Source of the DNA: Pseudomonadota bacterium
Lineage (GTDB): Bacteria; Pseudomonadota; Alphaproteobacteria; UBA11222
Direction: 5' to 3'
Length of the DNA: 64,000 nucleotides
Assembly: GCA_049323435.1 (NCBI GenBank)
Contig: JBMOMX010000008.1
Location: 40,609-104,608 of the forward strand
Made by a program: the position numbers and the translations under genes
Notes under the pieces: generated by a model
Database searches by the model: none
What the model was told of the DNA's origin: nothing
What the model saw: the letters and a program-made list of their open reading frames with translations, nothing else
In this document: piece by piece, positions 39,628 to 48,600 of the stretch
Layout of the letters: each line of letters starts with the position of its first letter
How positions within the stretch are numbered: the stretch's first letter is position 1

Positions 39628-40419
39628 ATGGCGCAATTTAAAACTCGGCCGTTTAGCGCCGAGATCCAGCTTATGAACCAGACAAATGGCGCAGCAGGGG
39701 CGGCGGGATCATTTAACGCCGTCCCGCCTGTGGTGCTGCGTCCGGCCGCTTTTTCCGGCCAGGCCGAAATATTGGCGGCCATCGCGGCGCTGCGTGAAGA
39801 GCTGTTCAACAGATCAGGCGATAGCGATACCGGCGCCGCAATGGCGATGGTCACCGATAAAATGCTGCAAACCCATAGCCGCGATATTGAAGACGCCAAA
39901 AAGCTGAAGGCGGAAATTGATTCGCTTTCTTCGGCGATTGACACGACAAAACGTGAAATCGCGTCCATGCGCTACAAGGACGCGAACCGTTATGAACGCA
40001 TAACCGATGTCACCCACGAACTGGATGAAGTTGTGTTCGACACCGAACGCGCGACAGAAAATATTCTGTCCAGTTGCGAAGAAATCGAACGCCATATCGA
40101 CCAGATTGAGTTGCAGGCCAGCTCACCCGATGAGCGCGCCGAAATTCAGGCGCTGGGACAGAAGGTTGTCAAGATTTACGAAGCCTGTAACTTTCAGGAT
40201 ATTACCGGCCAGCGCATAACCAAAGTCGTGAACACCCTGAAATTCATTGAACAGCGTCTTGATGTCATGATGTCTATCTGGGGCGGCCGGGAGGAATTTG
40301 ATTCCATCGAATTGCCGGAAGCAGAAGTCGCGCATGAAGATGATTTATTGCTGAACGGCCCCGCCCGCGAAGGCGGCGACAGTGTCAGCCAGGCCGATAT
40401 CGACGCGCTGTTCGATTAG
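39628..40419 (+). CDS. cheZ: CheZ-like chemotaxis phosphatase (distant CheZ homolog)
   Basis: NFQDITGQRITKVVNTLKFIEQRL matches the CheZ catalytic helix ([24 protein letters not shown], catalytic D/Q). C-terminal LLNGP...DIDALFD matches the CheZ CheY-binding tail. Confidence 0.6.
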   Translation: MAQFKTRPFSAEIQLMNQTNGAAGAAGSFNAVPPVVLRPAAFSGQAEILAAIAALREELFNRSGDSDTGAAMAMVTDKMLQTHSRDIEDAKKLKAEIDSLSSAIDTTKREIASMRYKDANRYERITDVTHELDEVVFDTERATENILSSCEEIERHIDQIELQASSPDERAEIQALGQKVVKIYEACNFQDITGQRITKVVNTLKFIEQRLDVMMSIWGGREEFDSIELPEAEVAHEDDLLLNGPAREGGDSVSQADIDALFD

Positions 40420-40457
40420 AGCGTTTTGTGATCAAGTTGAAGCAAGCCGCCTAATTT

Positions 40458-40687
40458 GTCATTGCTGTAAGAGTCAGACAATTCGCTGACAAGATTGCGG
40501 CGTTAATGGACTTAAAAAACGCTGTCACCCCGCACTTGTTGCGGGGTCCAGGGTTACAAACTCAGGCCTTCATTTGAGACTCCTGGACCCCGGAATAAAT
40601 CCGGGGTGACAATCTTTTTTAAGTCTTCGAACCTTCACTTAACCCAGGTTTCTTGTCAGCGAATTATCTGACTTCTACAGCAATGAC
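40458..40687. repeat. 230-bp nested palindromic element. 36-bp outer inverted repeats (GTCATTGCTGTAAGAGTCAGACAATTCGCTGACAAG / rc) enclose an 89-bp MITE.
   Basis: Outer arms 40458-40493 and 40652-40687 match 34/36 as reverse complements. Inner flanks ACTTAAAAAA / TTTTTTAAGT are also inverted. Confidence 0.75.
40523..40611. repeat. 89-bp MITE with hairpin TIRs (TGTCACCCCGCA...TCCGGGGTGACA) and internal GGTCCAGG/CCTGGACC repeat. Miniature derivative of the GIY-YIG element at 27.1 kb.
   Basis: Termini identical to the ends of the 27129-28623 element. Each end is itself a 8-9-bp-stem hairpin. Confidence 0.75.
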
Positions 40688-40744
40688 GCAGAAGATGGAG
40701 CGATTCCATCTGATCCGAATAGGGTCTAGGGACAAAACGGTCTT

Positions 40745-41572
40745 TCACCCGCCCTGCCATTTGGCCGGGCGTTTTTCCAGCCAGGCGGCAATGCCTTCCA
40801 CCGCGTCCGGGTGATTGACCGCTTCATCCAACAGCCGCTCTGATTCTTCCACCGCCGCATTCAGCGGGCGGTGCAGATCGGCGTAAAGCTGGCGCTTGGT
40901 CATACGCAAGCTGCCCGGCGAATTTTTCTCCGCCAGCATGGCGGCGTAATCGCGCACATGCGCCATCAATTCGCCTTCCGGCAGAACCTTGTTCAGCAGC
41001 CCCATCGCAAACGCTTCTTCGGCCAGAAACACCCGGCTGGACAGCAGAATATCCGCCGCATGGGTGACCCCAACCAGCCGCGGCAGCACCCACGAGAGAC
41101 CAAATTCCGCCGGATAGTTCAGCTTGCCATGCGCGGTGGTGAATTTCGCCCCCGCCGCCGCAAAACGCAGATCCGCAAAGCAGGCCAGCACCAGCCCTAC
41201 CCCCGCCACCGCGCCGTTAATGGCGGCGATCACCGGCTTGCTCAGCCCATAATGATAGGCAAAAGTGGCGTCAAATTCCGGCTGCACGCCAAAGCCTGGC
41301 CTGGCAATGTCATCGGTTGTGCCGCTGTCATAGCCGCCGCGTTCGGCATGGCCGCTGACCGCCGCCGTATCCGCGCCGGGGCAAAAGGCGCCGCCTTCCG
41401 GATCGCCGGTCACCACAATGACCCGCACCGCCGGATCGTTTTCCGCCAGGGCCAGCACATGGCGGTATTCCATATGCATGCGTCCGGTCCAGGCGTTCTT
41501 GCGCCGGGGCCGTGACAGCGTGAGTGTGGCGATCTGATTTTCAACGCCGTAGCGGATGGTCTTGAGTTCCAT
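40745..41572 (-). CDS. Enoyl-CoA hydratase/isomerase family protein
   Basis: Crotonase fold motifs (VVTGDPEGGAFCPGAD). Confidence 0.85.
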   Translation of the reverse strand: MELKTIRYGVENQIATLTLSRPRRKNAWTGRMHMEYRHVLALAENDPAVRVIVVTGDPEGGAFCPGADTAAVSGHAERGGYDSGTTDDIARPGFGVQPEFDATFAYHYGLSKPVIAAINGAVAGVGLVLACFADLRFAAAGAKFTTAHGKLNYPAEFGLSWVLPRLVGVTHAADILLSSRVFLAEEAFAMGLLNKVLPEGELMAHVRDYAAMLAEKNSPGSLRMTKRQLYADLHRPLNAAVEESERLLDEAVNHPDAVEGIAAWLEKRPAKWQGG

Positions 41573-41624
41573 GGCCCGTCCCTATATGACAGCTTCAGCC
41601 ACTAATTTTTGTGCGAGGCACCTC

Positions 41625-42404
41625 ATGGCCGAAGAGAAGCGCCCATCCTCTATCCCCAGTCTGGCCGCTGTCAAGCTGGATACCCCGCCAGACAGGGTTT
41701 TTGCGGATGCAAAACCGCAGACCGATTTCAAATTCGGCGCGGAAACCGTGCGCGTATTTGACGATATGGTCAGCCGCTCCGTGCCCTATTATGATGAAAT
41801 GCAGCGCATGACGGCGGAACTGGCGCGCGATTTTGCGCAACCCGATACCCGTCTGTATGATCTTGGCTGTTCCACCGCCACCACATTGGCCATGCTGCAT
41901 TATACGGTGGACCCCGGCGTGCAGTTTGTGGGCGTGGATAATTCGCCCGAAATGCTGGCCAAGGCGCGCGAGAAACTGACCAGCCTTGGCATCACCCGGC
42001 CGGTCGATCTGCAACTGTCGGATATTGAAAAAATGCCGCCTTTGCACGACGCCAGCGTGGTGGTGATGAACCTGACTTTGCAATTCGTGCGCCCGCTGCA
42101 CCGCGAACGCCTGGTCAAGCAGATTTATGACGGCATGCTGGATCGCGGCGCCTTTATTCTGATCGAAAAGCTGACCGTATCGGATGGCGATCTGAACCGG
42201 CTGTTCATCAATTATTATTACGACATGAAACGGCGCAACGGATATTCAGAACTGGAAATTGCGCAAAAACGCGAAGCGCTCGAAAATGTGCTGATCCCCT
42301 ACCGGCTGGAAGAAAATGTAGAATTGCTGAAAGGTGCTGGCTTTCGCAGCGTCGAGATGTTTTTCCGCTGGTATAATTTTTGCGGACTGGTCGCCGTGAA
42401 ATGA
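41625..42404 (+). CDS. cmoA: Carboxy-S-adenosyl-L-methionine synthase
   Basis: Strong colinear similarity to E. coli CmoA: VFDDMVSRSVPYY, YDLGCS, VDNSPEM, NLTLQF, NGYSELEIAQKREALENV, YNFCGLVAVK. Confidence 0.85.
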   Translation: MAEEKRPSSIPSLAAVKLDTPPDRVFADAKPQTDFKFGAETVRVFDDMVSRSVPYYDEMQRMTAELARDFAQPDTRLYDLGCSTATTLAMLHYTVDPGVQFVGVDNSPEMLAKAREKLTSLGITRPVDLQLSDIEKMPPLHDASVVVMNLTLQFVRPLHRERLVKQIYDGMLDRGAFILIEKLTVSDGDLNRLFINYYYDMKRRNGYSELEIAQKREALENVLIPYRLEENVELLKGAGFRSVEMFFRWYNFCGLVAVK

Positions 42405-43141
42405 GCTTTCAGGACAGGATCATTCAAACCGGCGGCTGGTTTTTCAAATACCGCAATATTGCATTTCCCGCGGTGCTGCTGGCGCTCTTCATCTTGCTGC
42501 CGCCCAGGCCGTTTATGGGCAGCCCGGTGATTGACGCCTGGCTGGATATGCTGGGCCTGTTGCTGGCGCTGGCCGGTTCGGGCCTGCGCGCCTGGGTGAT
42601 CGGCCTGGCCTATATCAAGCGCGGCGGGCTGGATAAAAAAGTCCATGCCGATACGCTGGTCAGTTCCGGCATGTTCGCGGTGTGCCGCAATCCGCTTTAT
42701 GTGGGCAACGCGCTGGTGCTGCTGGGCCTGTTTGTGGTGCATAATAATGCGCTGGCCTATCTGCTTGGCCTGATATTTTTTGGCGCAGCCTATTGGGGCA
42801 TTATTGCCGCCGAAGAAAAATTTCTGGCGGAAAAATTTGGCGAAGACTATCGCGCCTACTGCGCCCGGGTTAACCGCTTCTGGCTGAATTTCAGCGGCTA
42901 CAAAGACGCCGTGGAAGGCATGCGCTTCAACTGGCGCCGCGTTGTGATCAAGGATTACTCCACCCTTTATACCTGGATTGCCGGCATGATGGTGCTGATC
43001 GCCTGGGAACATGCGCATTGGGGCGGCGGGTCATTTATTGACGCGCTGGAATCCGTTCTTATCCCGCTTGCCATCGCCACGGGGGTCACTTTGCTGGTGC
43101 GCGTCCTGAAAAAACGCGGCGTGCTGTCGGAACAGGTGTAA
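42401..43141 (+). CDS. ICMT/PEMT-family integral membrane methyltransferase, translationally coupled to cmoA
   Basis: ATGA start/stop overlap with cmoA. Multi-TM. RNPLYVGN (RHPxY-type) and EEKFLAEKFGEDYRAYCARV (EE..L...FG..Y..Y) motifs of the isoprenylcysteine carboxyl / phospholipid methyltransferase family. Confidence 0.7.
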   Translation: MSFQDRIIQTGGWFFKYRNIAFPAVLLALFILLPPRPFMGSPVIDAWLDMLGLLLALAGSGLRAWVIGLAYIKRGGLDKKVHADTLVSSGMFAVCRNPLYVGNALVLLGLFVVHNNALAYLLGLIFFGAAYWGIIAAEEKFLAEKFGEDYRAYCARVNRFWLNFSGYKDAVEGMRFNWRRVVIKDYSTLYTWIAGMMVLIAWEHAHWGGGSFIDALESVLIPLAIATGVTLLVRVLKKRGVLSEQV

Positions 43142-43202
43142 CGCATTGCGCCCCGCACCAGCGTGGCCGCTTGATTATATCAAACTTTAGACGGGAATTT
43201 TT

Positions 43203-43748
43203 TCAGGCGAATTGCGGTGCGCGGTTGCGCGCCAGCGCGTTGCGCAGCGCTTCGGCAAATTCAAGCCGCTCGCCGGCGGTCAGGAATTTTCCGAACACCA
43301 GATATTTCCCGTGCGAGCGCACCGCAAGCAGCGGCGCGTCCGGGTTGGCGGTGATCAGTTCGACCTGCGCCCAATAGGCCTGTAAATTCCAGCTCAGGAT
43401 GCGCCCATCCGGAAGAAAGCGGCGGATCAGCAGCGAAGCGTCATCAAGCTGCACCGTTTCATAAATTCTGGCCGCCCGGAAATTCACCTGGAACGCCACA
43501 TAAATCAGGATCACATCCAGCCCGAAAAAACCCAGCACCGGCCAGGCGCCCATCGTGAAGAAGCACAGGCCGGCAATAAAGCTGAACACCGTAATGCAGG
43601 TCATTACGGTCATGAAACCGCGCCGGCTGAGCGAGCGCTGCGGGTACAGCACCGCATCAAAACGCAGGCCCCCGGCAGTGCGGCCCACCGCGCTGTCCGT
43701 TGAAATTTCCGGTGTGATTTCCAGTGTCATAAGCTCTGCCCGTTGCAT
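43203..43748 (-). CDS. Hypothetical membrane protein (DUF2244-like, 2 TM + PH-like domain)
   Basis: Two adjacent TM helices followed by a soluble domain. No catalytic motifs. Confidence 0.5.
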   Translation of the reverse strand: MQRAELMTLEITPEISTDSAVGRTAGGLRFDAVLYPQRSLSRRGFMTVMTCITVFSFIAGLCFFTMGAWPVLGFFGLDVILIYVAFQVNFRAARIYETVQLDDASLLIRRFLPDGRILSWNLQAYWAQVELITANPDAPLLAVRSHGKYLVFGKFLTAGERLEFAEALRNALARNRAPQFA

Positions 43749-43808
43749 GGCTTCAGATTAGGACAGTCAGGCATTCCGCGCGAGTAAAAAATGCGTTAAG
43801 CATATTTC

Positions 43809-44471
43809 ATGGTTAATTCAGAAGCTGCGCCGGTACAGATGACGCCGGCGGAAATTTCAAAATTTTTTACGCGCCTGCGCGCGCGTGATCGCGAACCGCA
43901 AAGCGAATTGCAATATCGTAACGCCTTCACGCTTCTGGTTGCGGTGGTGCTGTCCGCACAGGCGACCGACAAGGGCGTGAACAAGGCCACGGGCCCGCTA
44001 TTTGCGGTCGCGGATACGCCGGAGAAAATGCTGCAACTGGGCGAAGCGGGCCTGCGCTCCTATATCAAAAGCATCGGCCTGTTCCGCACCAAGGCGAAAA
44101 ATATTATCGCACTTTCGGCCAGGCTGCTTGAAGCGCATGCAGGTCAGGTGCCGAAGTCCCGCGAAGCACTTGAAACCCTGCCGGGGGTTGGCCGCAAGAC
44201 CGCAAATGTGGTTCTGAACATTGTGTTTGGCGAACCCGTCATGGCGGTGGATACGCATATCTTCCGGTTGAGCAACCGCACCGGGCTGGCCCCCGGAAAA
44301 ACGCCGCGCCAGGTCGAGGACGCGCTGGTTGCGCGCATTCCCAAACGTTTCATGCGCCATGCGCATCACTGGCTTATTCTGCATGGGCGCTATGTCTGCA
44401 AGGCGCGCGCGCCGGACTGCCCCGCCTGCGCCGTGCGCGATCTGTGCCATTACCCGCACAAGACCGCCTGA
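43809..44471 (+). CDS. nth: Endonuclease III (DNA glycosylase/AP lyase)
   Basis: HhH-GPD motif (LPGVGRKTANVVL) and C-terminal CxxxxxxCxxCxxxxxC 4Fe-4S cluster loop. Confidence 0.9.
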   Translation: MVNSEAAPVQMTPAEISKFFTRLRARDREPQSELQYRNAFTLLVAVVLSAQATDKGVNKATGPLFAVADTPEKMLQLGEAGLRSYIKSIGLFRTKAKNIIALSARLLEAHAGQVPKSREALETLPGVGRKTANVVLNIVFGEPVMAVDTHIFRLSNRTGLAPGKTPRQVEDALVARIPKRFMRHAHHWLILHGRYVCKARAPDCPACAVRDLCHYPHKTA

Positions 44472-44493
44472 TCCGGGCGAAGGCGCGCCGGTG

Positions 44494-45276
44494 CTAGCCG
44501 GGGCTGGACGCGTGGCGCGCCAATATTGCTCCGACACACTGTCCGGGCTCCGGGGTTTTACCGCCATCGCGGGCGCCGGTTTCGGCATGCGAGACCCGCG
44601 CCTCGCCGCCGTCCTGGGCATAGATAAACACAAACAGCACACAATCCCCGTGCGCATATTGCCAGACTTCCGCGAACGGTTCCTTACGGCTGAGATCGGG
44701 TTTGCCCAGCAGCCGCTCAACGGCCGGGGCATCGAGGCCGATAAGATCAGCGGGGCTGTAGCCGCCCTTGCCCTGGGCGCGTGGCGGTTTGGCGGGCGAT
44801 GGCAGAACCGCCAACGCCTGCGGGGTTTCGGAGGTGACCTTTCCCTGTGGTGCGCTGGCTGGCTGTTCCTTTGTTTCCATGACAGGGCTTTTGCGCGGAA
44901 TCGGCGTCGAGGCGGCGGTCCGGGAAAGGGACCGCCAGGGCTTTGGCCTTGGCAGATTGCTGCGCAGCATGGGCGCATCGCTGGTGCGGCCGGTATCTGC
45001 GGTCCGGGCTGGCGCTGCGGCTTGTGATAGGGGCACGGCTTTTGCCGGGGGCGCGGCTGATGGGGCGGCCGCGCTTTGTTGTGGCGCCGCCGAAGCCGGG
45101 GCGCGCGCGGGCGGTTTGTCCCTGTCCCACTGCAACCAGCCAGGCTGTTTAAACTGCATCTTCGAAAGATTTTTCAAATCCAGCCGCCCGTCACTGGCGC
45201 AGCCGTTCACGCTCATGCCCAGCAGGCACAGTACCAGCACTGACCGGATTACAGAAAAATGGTTTCTCCGACTCAT
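44494..45276 (-). CDS. Lipoprotein with Pro/Ala-rich linker and conserved C-terminal domain
   Basis: Signal peptide plus lipobox (LLGMSVNGCAS). Low-complexity middle. C-terminal domain ...WQYAHGDCVLFVFIY. Confidence 0.6.
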   Translation of the reverse strand: MSRRNHFSVIRSVLVLCLLGMSVNGCASDGRLDLKNLSKMQFKQPGWLQWDRDKPPARAPASAAPQQSAAAPSAAPPAKAVPLSQAAAPARTADTGRTSDAPMLRSNLPRPKPWRSLSRTAASTPIPRKSPVMETKEQPASAPQGKVTSETPQALAVLPSPAKPPRAQGKGGYSPADLIGLDAPAVERLLGKPDLSRKEPFAEVWQYAHGDCVLFVFIYAQDGGEARVSHAETGARDGGKTPEPGQCVGAILARHASSPG

Positions 45277-45412
45277 GGCCTTTAACCCGTCTGTTACATT
45301 CTCTGTTATGCGACGATTAAGCCCTATCCGGCAACAAGGATTCTAATCATGACGCCGCTTGCATGGGCTACGCACGGCACTATACTGCGGCGCAACAAGA
45401 AGGAGCCGCCGG

Positions 45413-46408
45413 ATGACCCAAACTGCTAGCCTGGATGTTACAGGCATAGGTAACGCCATTGTCGATATCATCGCCCAGGCCGATGACGCTTTTCTGGCGC
45501 GCAATGCCATTGCCAAAGGCGCCATGACGCTGATTGATGCTGCGGGCGCCGAAAAAATCTATGGCGCAATGGGCCCCGGCATTGAAACCTCTGGCGGATC
45601 CGCCGCCAACACCGTTGCCGGCGTCGCAGCGCTTGGCGGCCGCGCCGCCTTTATCGGCAAAGTGCAGCACGACCAGTTGGGCGAAGTCTTTGCGCATGAT
45701 CTGCGCGCGCTGGGTGTGCGTTTTGACACACAAGTCAGCGTCAGCGAAAATCCGACGGGGCGCTGCCTCATTCTGGTAACCCCGGACGCGCAGCGCTCAA
45801 TGAGCACATTTCTCGGAGCCGGGCAGGAATTGCACCCGCGCGATGTGGATCCCGCGCTGATCGAAGCGTCGCAGGTGACTTATCTGGAAGGCTATTTGTG
45901 GGATCCCCCGCATGCGAAAGAGGCGTTCCGCAAGGCTATGGGCATTGCGCGCGCAGCCGGGCGCAAAGTCGCCATGAGCCTTTCGGATGCATTTTGCGTC
46001 GAGCGTTACCGCGAAGAATTTCAGCAATTGGCCAATGGAAGTGTGGATATTCTGTTTGCCAATGAAGCCGAGATCCTGTCGCTGTACCAGGCTGAAACTT
46101 TTGATGACGCTTTGCAGGCGGTGCGCGGCAAATGCCCCATCGTGGCGTTGACCCGTTCGGAAAAAGGCTGCGTCATTCTGGCCGGTGAGGAAGTGCATGT
46201 CATCGAAGCAGCAAAGCCTGCGCGCGTGCTGGACACAACCGGCGCGGGCGATCTGTTCGCAGCCGGTTTTTTATATGGCTATACAAATGGCCGGAATATA
46301 GCCAGCGCCGCCCGTATTGGCGCCCTGGCTGCGTCTGAAGTCATCGCACATATCGGCCCGCGCCCGCAAAGCGACCTGAAGGCGCTTGTGAAAAATGCCG
46401 GATTGTGA
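45413..46408 (+). CDS. PfkB-family carbohydrate/nucleoside kinase (adenosine kinase-like)
   Basis: N-terminal GIGNAIVDII. C-terminal DTTGAGDLFAAGFLYG (PfkB signature 2). Confidence 0.8.
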   Translation: MTQTASLDVTGIGNAIVDIIAQADDAFLARNAIAKGAMTLIDAAGAEKIYGAMGPGIETSGGSAANTVAGVAALGGRAAFIGKVQHDQLGEVFAHDLRALGVRFDTQVSVSENPTGRCLILVTPDAQRSMSTFLGAGQELHPRDVDPALIEASQVTYLEGYLWDPPHAKEAFRKAMGIARAAGRKVAMSLSDAFCVERYREEFQQLANGSVDILFANEAEILSLYQAETFDDALQAVRGKCPIVALTRSEKGCVILAGEEVHVIEAAKPARVLDTTGAGDLFAAGFLYGYTNGRNIASAARIGALAASEVIAHIGPRPQSDLKALVKNAGL

Positions 46409-46529
46409 CCCCTGTGGATACTGACGGCGCTGACGGCGCGGCCATTAGCGCTTTTCGCATCGCGCGCTGTGCGCTATGCTTGCATCTGTCCAATAGCGCA
46501 TATTGCAGCATTTTCACGGTAAGAGGCAG

Positions 46530-47489
46530 ATGAGCGAGACTAAAAAACCCGGCCGGGGCCGTATCTATGACAATATCACCCAGACCATCGGCGATACGCC
46601 GCTGGTGCGGCTGAACCGGCTTGCGAAAGAGGCGGGCGTTGGCGCGGATATTCTGCTGAAGCTGGAATTTTTCAATCCGCTGGCCAGTGTCAAGGACCGT
46701 ATCGGCGTCGCCATGATCGAGGATATGGAGACGAAAGGAAGGCTCAAGCCCGACACGGTGATCATTGAACCGACATCCGGAAATACCGGTATCGCGCTGG
46801 CCTTTGTGTGCGCCGCAAAGGGTTATAAATTAATTCTGGTCATGCCGGACAGCATGTCGATTGAACGGCGCAAAATGTTCGCCCTGCTGGGCGCGGAACT
46901 GGAATTGACGCCGGCCGCAAAGGGGATGCGCGGCGCCATCGCCCGCGCCGAGGAATTACTGGCCGCCCATCCGGGCTCGGTGATGGCGCAGCAGTTTGAA
47001 AATCCCGCCAATCCGGAAATTCACCGCCGCACCACGGCGGAAGAAATCTGGAACGACACCCAGGGCAAGGTCGATGTGGTTATTTCGGGGGTCGGCACCG
47101 GCGGCACCTTTACCGGCGTGGGATCTGTGTTGAAGGCGCGCAAGCCCGGCATGAAAATGATCGCCGTCGAACCCGAAGACAGCCCGATCCTGTCGGGCGG
47201 CCAGCCCGGCCCGCATAAGATTCAGGGCATCGGCGCGGGCTTTGTGCCGGACAATCTGGACCGTGCGCTGGTGGACGAAGTGATCACCATCGGCAATGAA
47301 AATGCGTTCGAGATGGCGCGCAGGCTGGCGCGGCTGGAAGGCATTCCCGGCGGTATTTCATCGGGCGCGGCGGTGGCGGCGGCGCTGGAGGTCGGCGTGC
47401 GGCCCGACATGAAAGGCAAAACCATCGTCGTCATCATACCGTCATTCGCGGAACGCTATCTATCGACGGCGCTGTTCGAGGGGCTGTGA
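46530..47489 (+). CDS. cysK: Cysteine synthase A (O-acetylserine sulfhydrylase)
   Basis: PLP-lysine region ([11 protein letters not shown]), [18 protein letters not shown] motifs. Confidence 0.9.
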   Translation: MSETKKPGRGRIYDNITQTIGDTPLVRLNRLAKEAGVGADILLKLEFFNPLASVKDRIGVAMIEDMETKGRLKPDTVIIEPTSGNTGIALAFVCAAKGYKLILVMPDSMSIERRKMFALLGAELELTPAAKGMRGAIARAEELLAAHPGSVMAQQFENPANPEIHRRTTAEEIWNDTQGKVDVVISGVGTGGTFTGVGSVLKARKPGMKMIAVEPEDSPILSGGQPGPHKIQGIGAGFVPDNLDRALVDEVITIGNENAFEMARRLARLEGIPGGISSGAAVAAALEVGVRPDMKGKTIVVIIPSFAERYLSTALFEGL

Positions 47490-47504
47490 GCAGCCGTTTT
47501 CTTT

Positions 47505-47529
47505 TGTCACCCCGCACTTGTTGCGGGGT
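47505..47529. repeat. Solo 25-bp REP-like hairpin (TGTCACCCCGCA-CTTGT-TGCGGGGT), the minimal unit of the MITE family
   Basis: Identical to the MITE terminal hairpin. Sits 16 bp after the cysK stop. Confidence 0.7.
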
Positions 47530-47558
47530 AATTAACTGGAGCATAATGATCTCGGATT

Positions 47559-47678
47559 GACCCAACCCCCTCCCTGTCCCTCCCCCTTTCAGGGGGAGGG
47601 AACGCAAGATGGAACGCCTCCCTCCCCCTGAAAGGGGGCCTGAAGATGCAGGTACCAATAAGGGTTGGGGTGGGGGTC
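47559..47678. repeat. Complex C-run/G-run palindromic element with three interlocking hairpins
   Basis: CCCTCCCCC-TTTCA-GGGGGAGGG (47578-47600, perfect 9-bp stem). GGGGGAGGGA ... TCCCTCCCCC (47592-47628, 10-bp stem). CCCCC-TGAAA-GGGGG (47624-47638). Flanked by CCCAACCCCCTCCC and GGGTTGGGGTGGGGG. Confidence 0.7.
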
Positions 47679-47757
47679 CATTTTGCGAAAAATGGGGCCG
47701 GTAAATTGATCGATCGAATAGCATTACGCACCGGACTATGCGTAGAGGTCTTTCAAT

Positions 47758-48564
47758 ATGAGCCAACCACTCACCGAAACCCAGATCGAACGTTACGCCC
47801 GCCATATCATGCTGCCGGAGGTGGGCGGCGCGGGCCAGGCGAAACTGCTGGCGTCGCGCGTGCTGCTGGTTGGCGCGGGCGGGCTGGGTTCGCCGCTGGC
47901 TTTGTATCTGGCGGCGGCGGGGGTGGGAACCATCGGCATCGTGGATGATGATGTGGTGTCGCTGTCCAATCTGCAACGCCAGATCGCGCACAAGACCCGC
48001 GACATTGGCAGGCCCAAAACCCAAAGTGCTGCCGAAAGCATTGCGGACATCAATCCGGATGTGAAAATTGCGCAGCATCCGGTCCGGCTGAATGCCGGAA
48101 ATGTCCGTGAACTGATCAAAGACTATGATCTGGTGGCCGATGGCTGCGATAATTTCGCCACCAAATTTCTGCTTAATGACGCCTGCTATCTGCTGCAAAA
48201 GCCGCTGGTCGCAGCAGCCCTTGGGCGCTTTGAAGGCCAGCTTTCCACCTTCCGCGCTTATGAGGGGGAAAAGCCCTGCTATCGCTGTATCTTCCCCTCG
48301 CCGCCGCCCGCAGACAGCATGCCCAATTGCGCGGAAGTGGGCACGCTGGGCCTGGTTGCGGGGGTGATGGGCACGTTACAGGGCATCGAAGTGGTCAAGG
48401 AACTGCTCGGCATCGGAACCAGCATGACCGGGCAGTTGCTGATCTATGACGCGCTCGACACCACCTTCCGCAAAATCAAGGTGCGGCGCGACCCGCAATG
48501 CCGCCTGTGCGGGCCGCAACCGGCGATCACATCGCTGGATGCGGCGGAATATGCGCCGGGATAG
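47758..48564 (+). CDS. moeB: Molybdopterin-synthase adenylyltransferase / ThiF-MoeB family E1-like enzyme
   Basis: ERYARHIMLPEVGGAGQAKL. Rossmann GAGGLGS. C-terminal CxxC pair (CYRC ... CRLC). Confidence 0.85.
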   Translation: MSQPLTETQIERYARHIMLPEVGGAGQAKLLASRVLLVGAGGLGSPLALYLAAAGVGTIGIVDDDVVSLSNLQRQIAHKTRDIGRPKTQSAAESIADINPDVKIAQHPVRLNAGNVRELIKDYDLVADGCDNFATKFLLNDACYLLQKPLVAAALGRFEGQLSTFRAYEGEKPCYRCIFPSPPPADSMPNCAEVGTLGLVAGVMGTLQGIEVVKELLGIGTSMTGQLLIYDALDTTFRKIKVRRDPQCRLCGPQPAITSLDAAEYAPG

Positions 48565-48600
48565 GCGGAATCTTATTTTGACTTAATCATTATCCCATAG

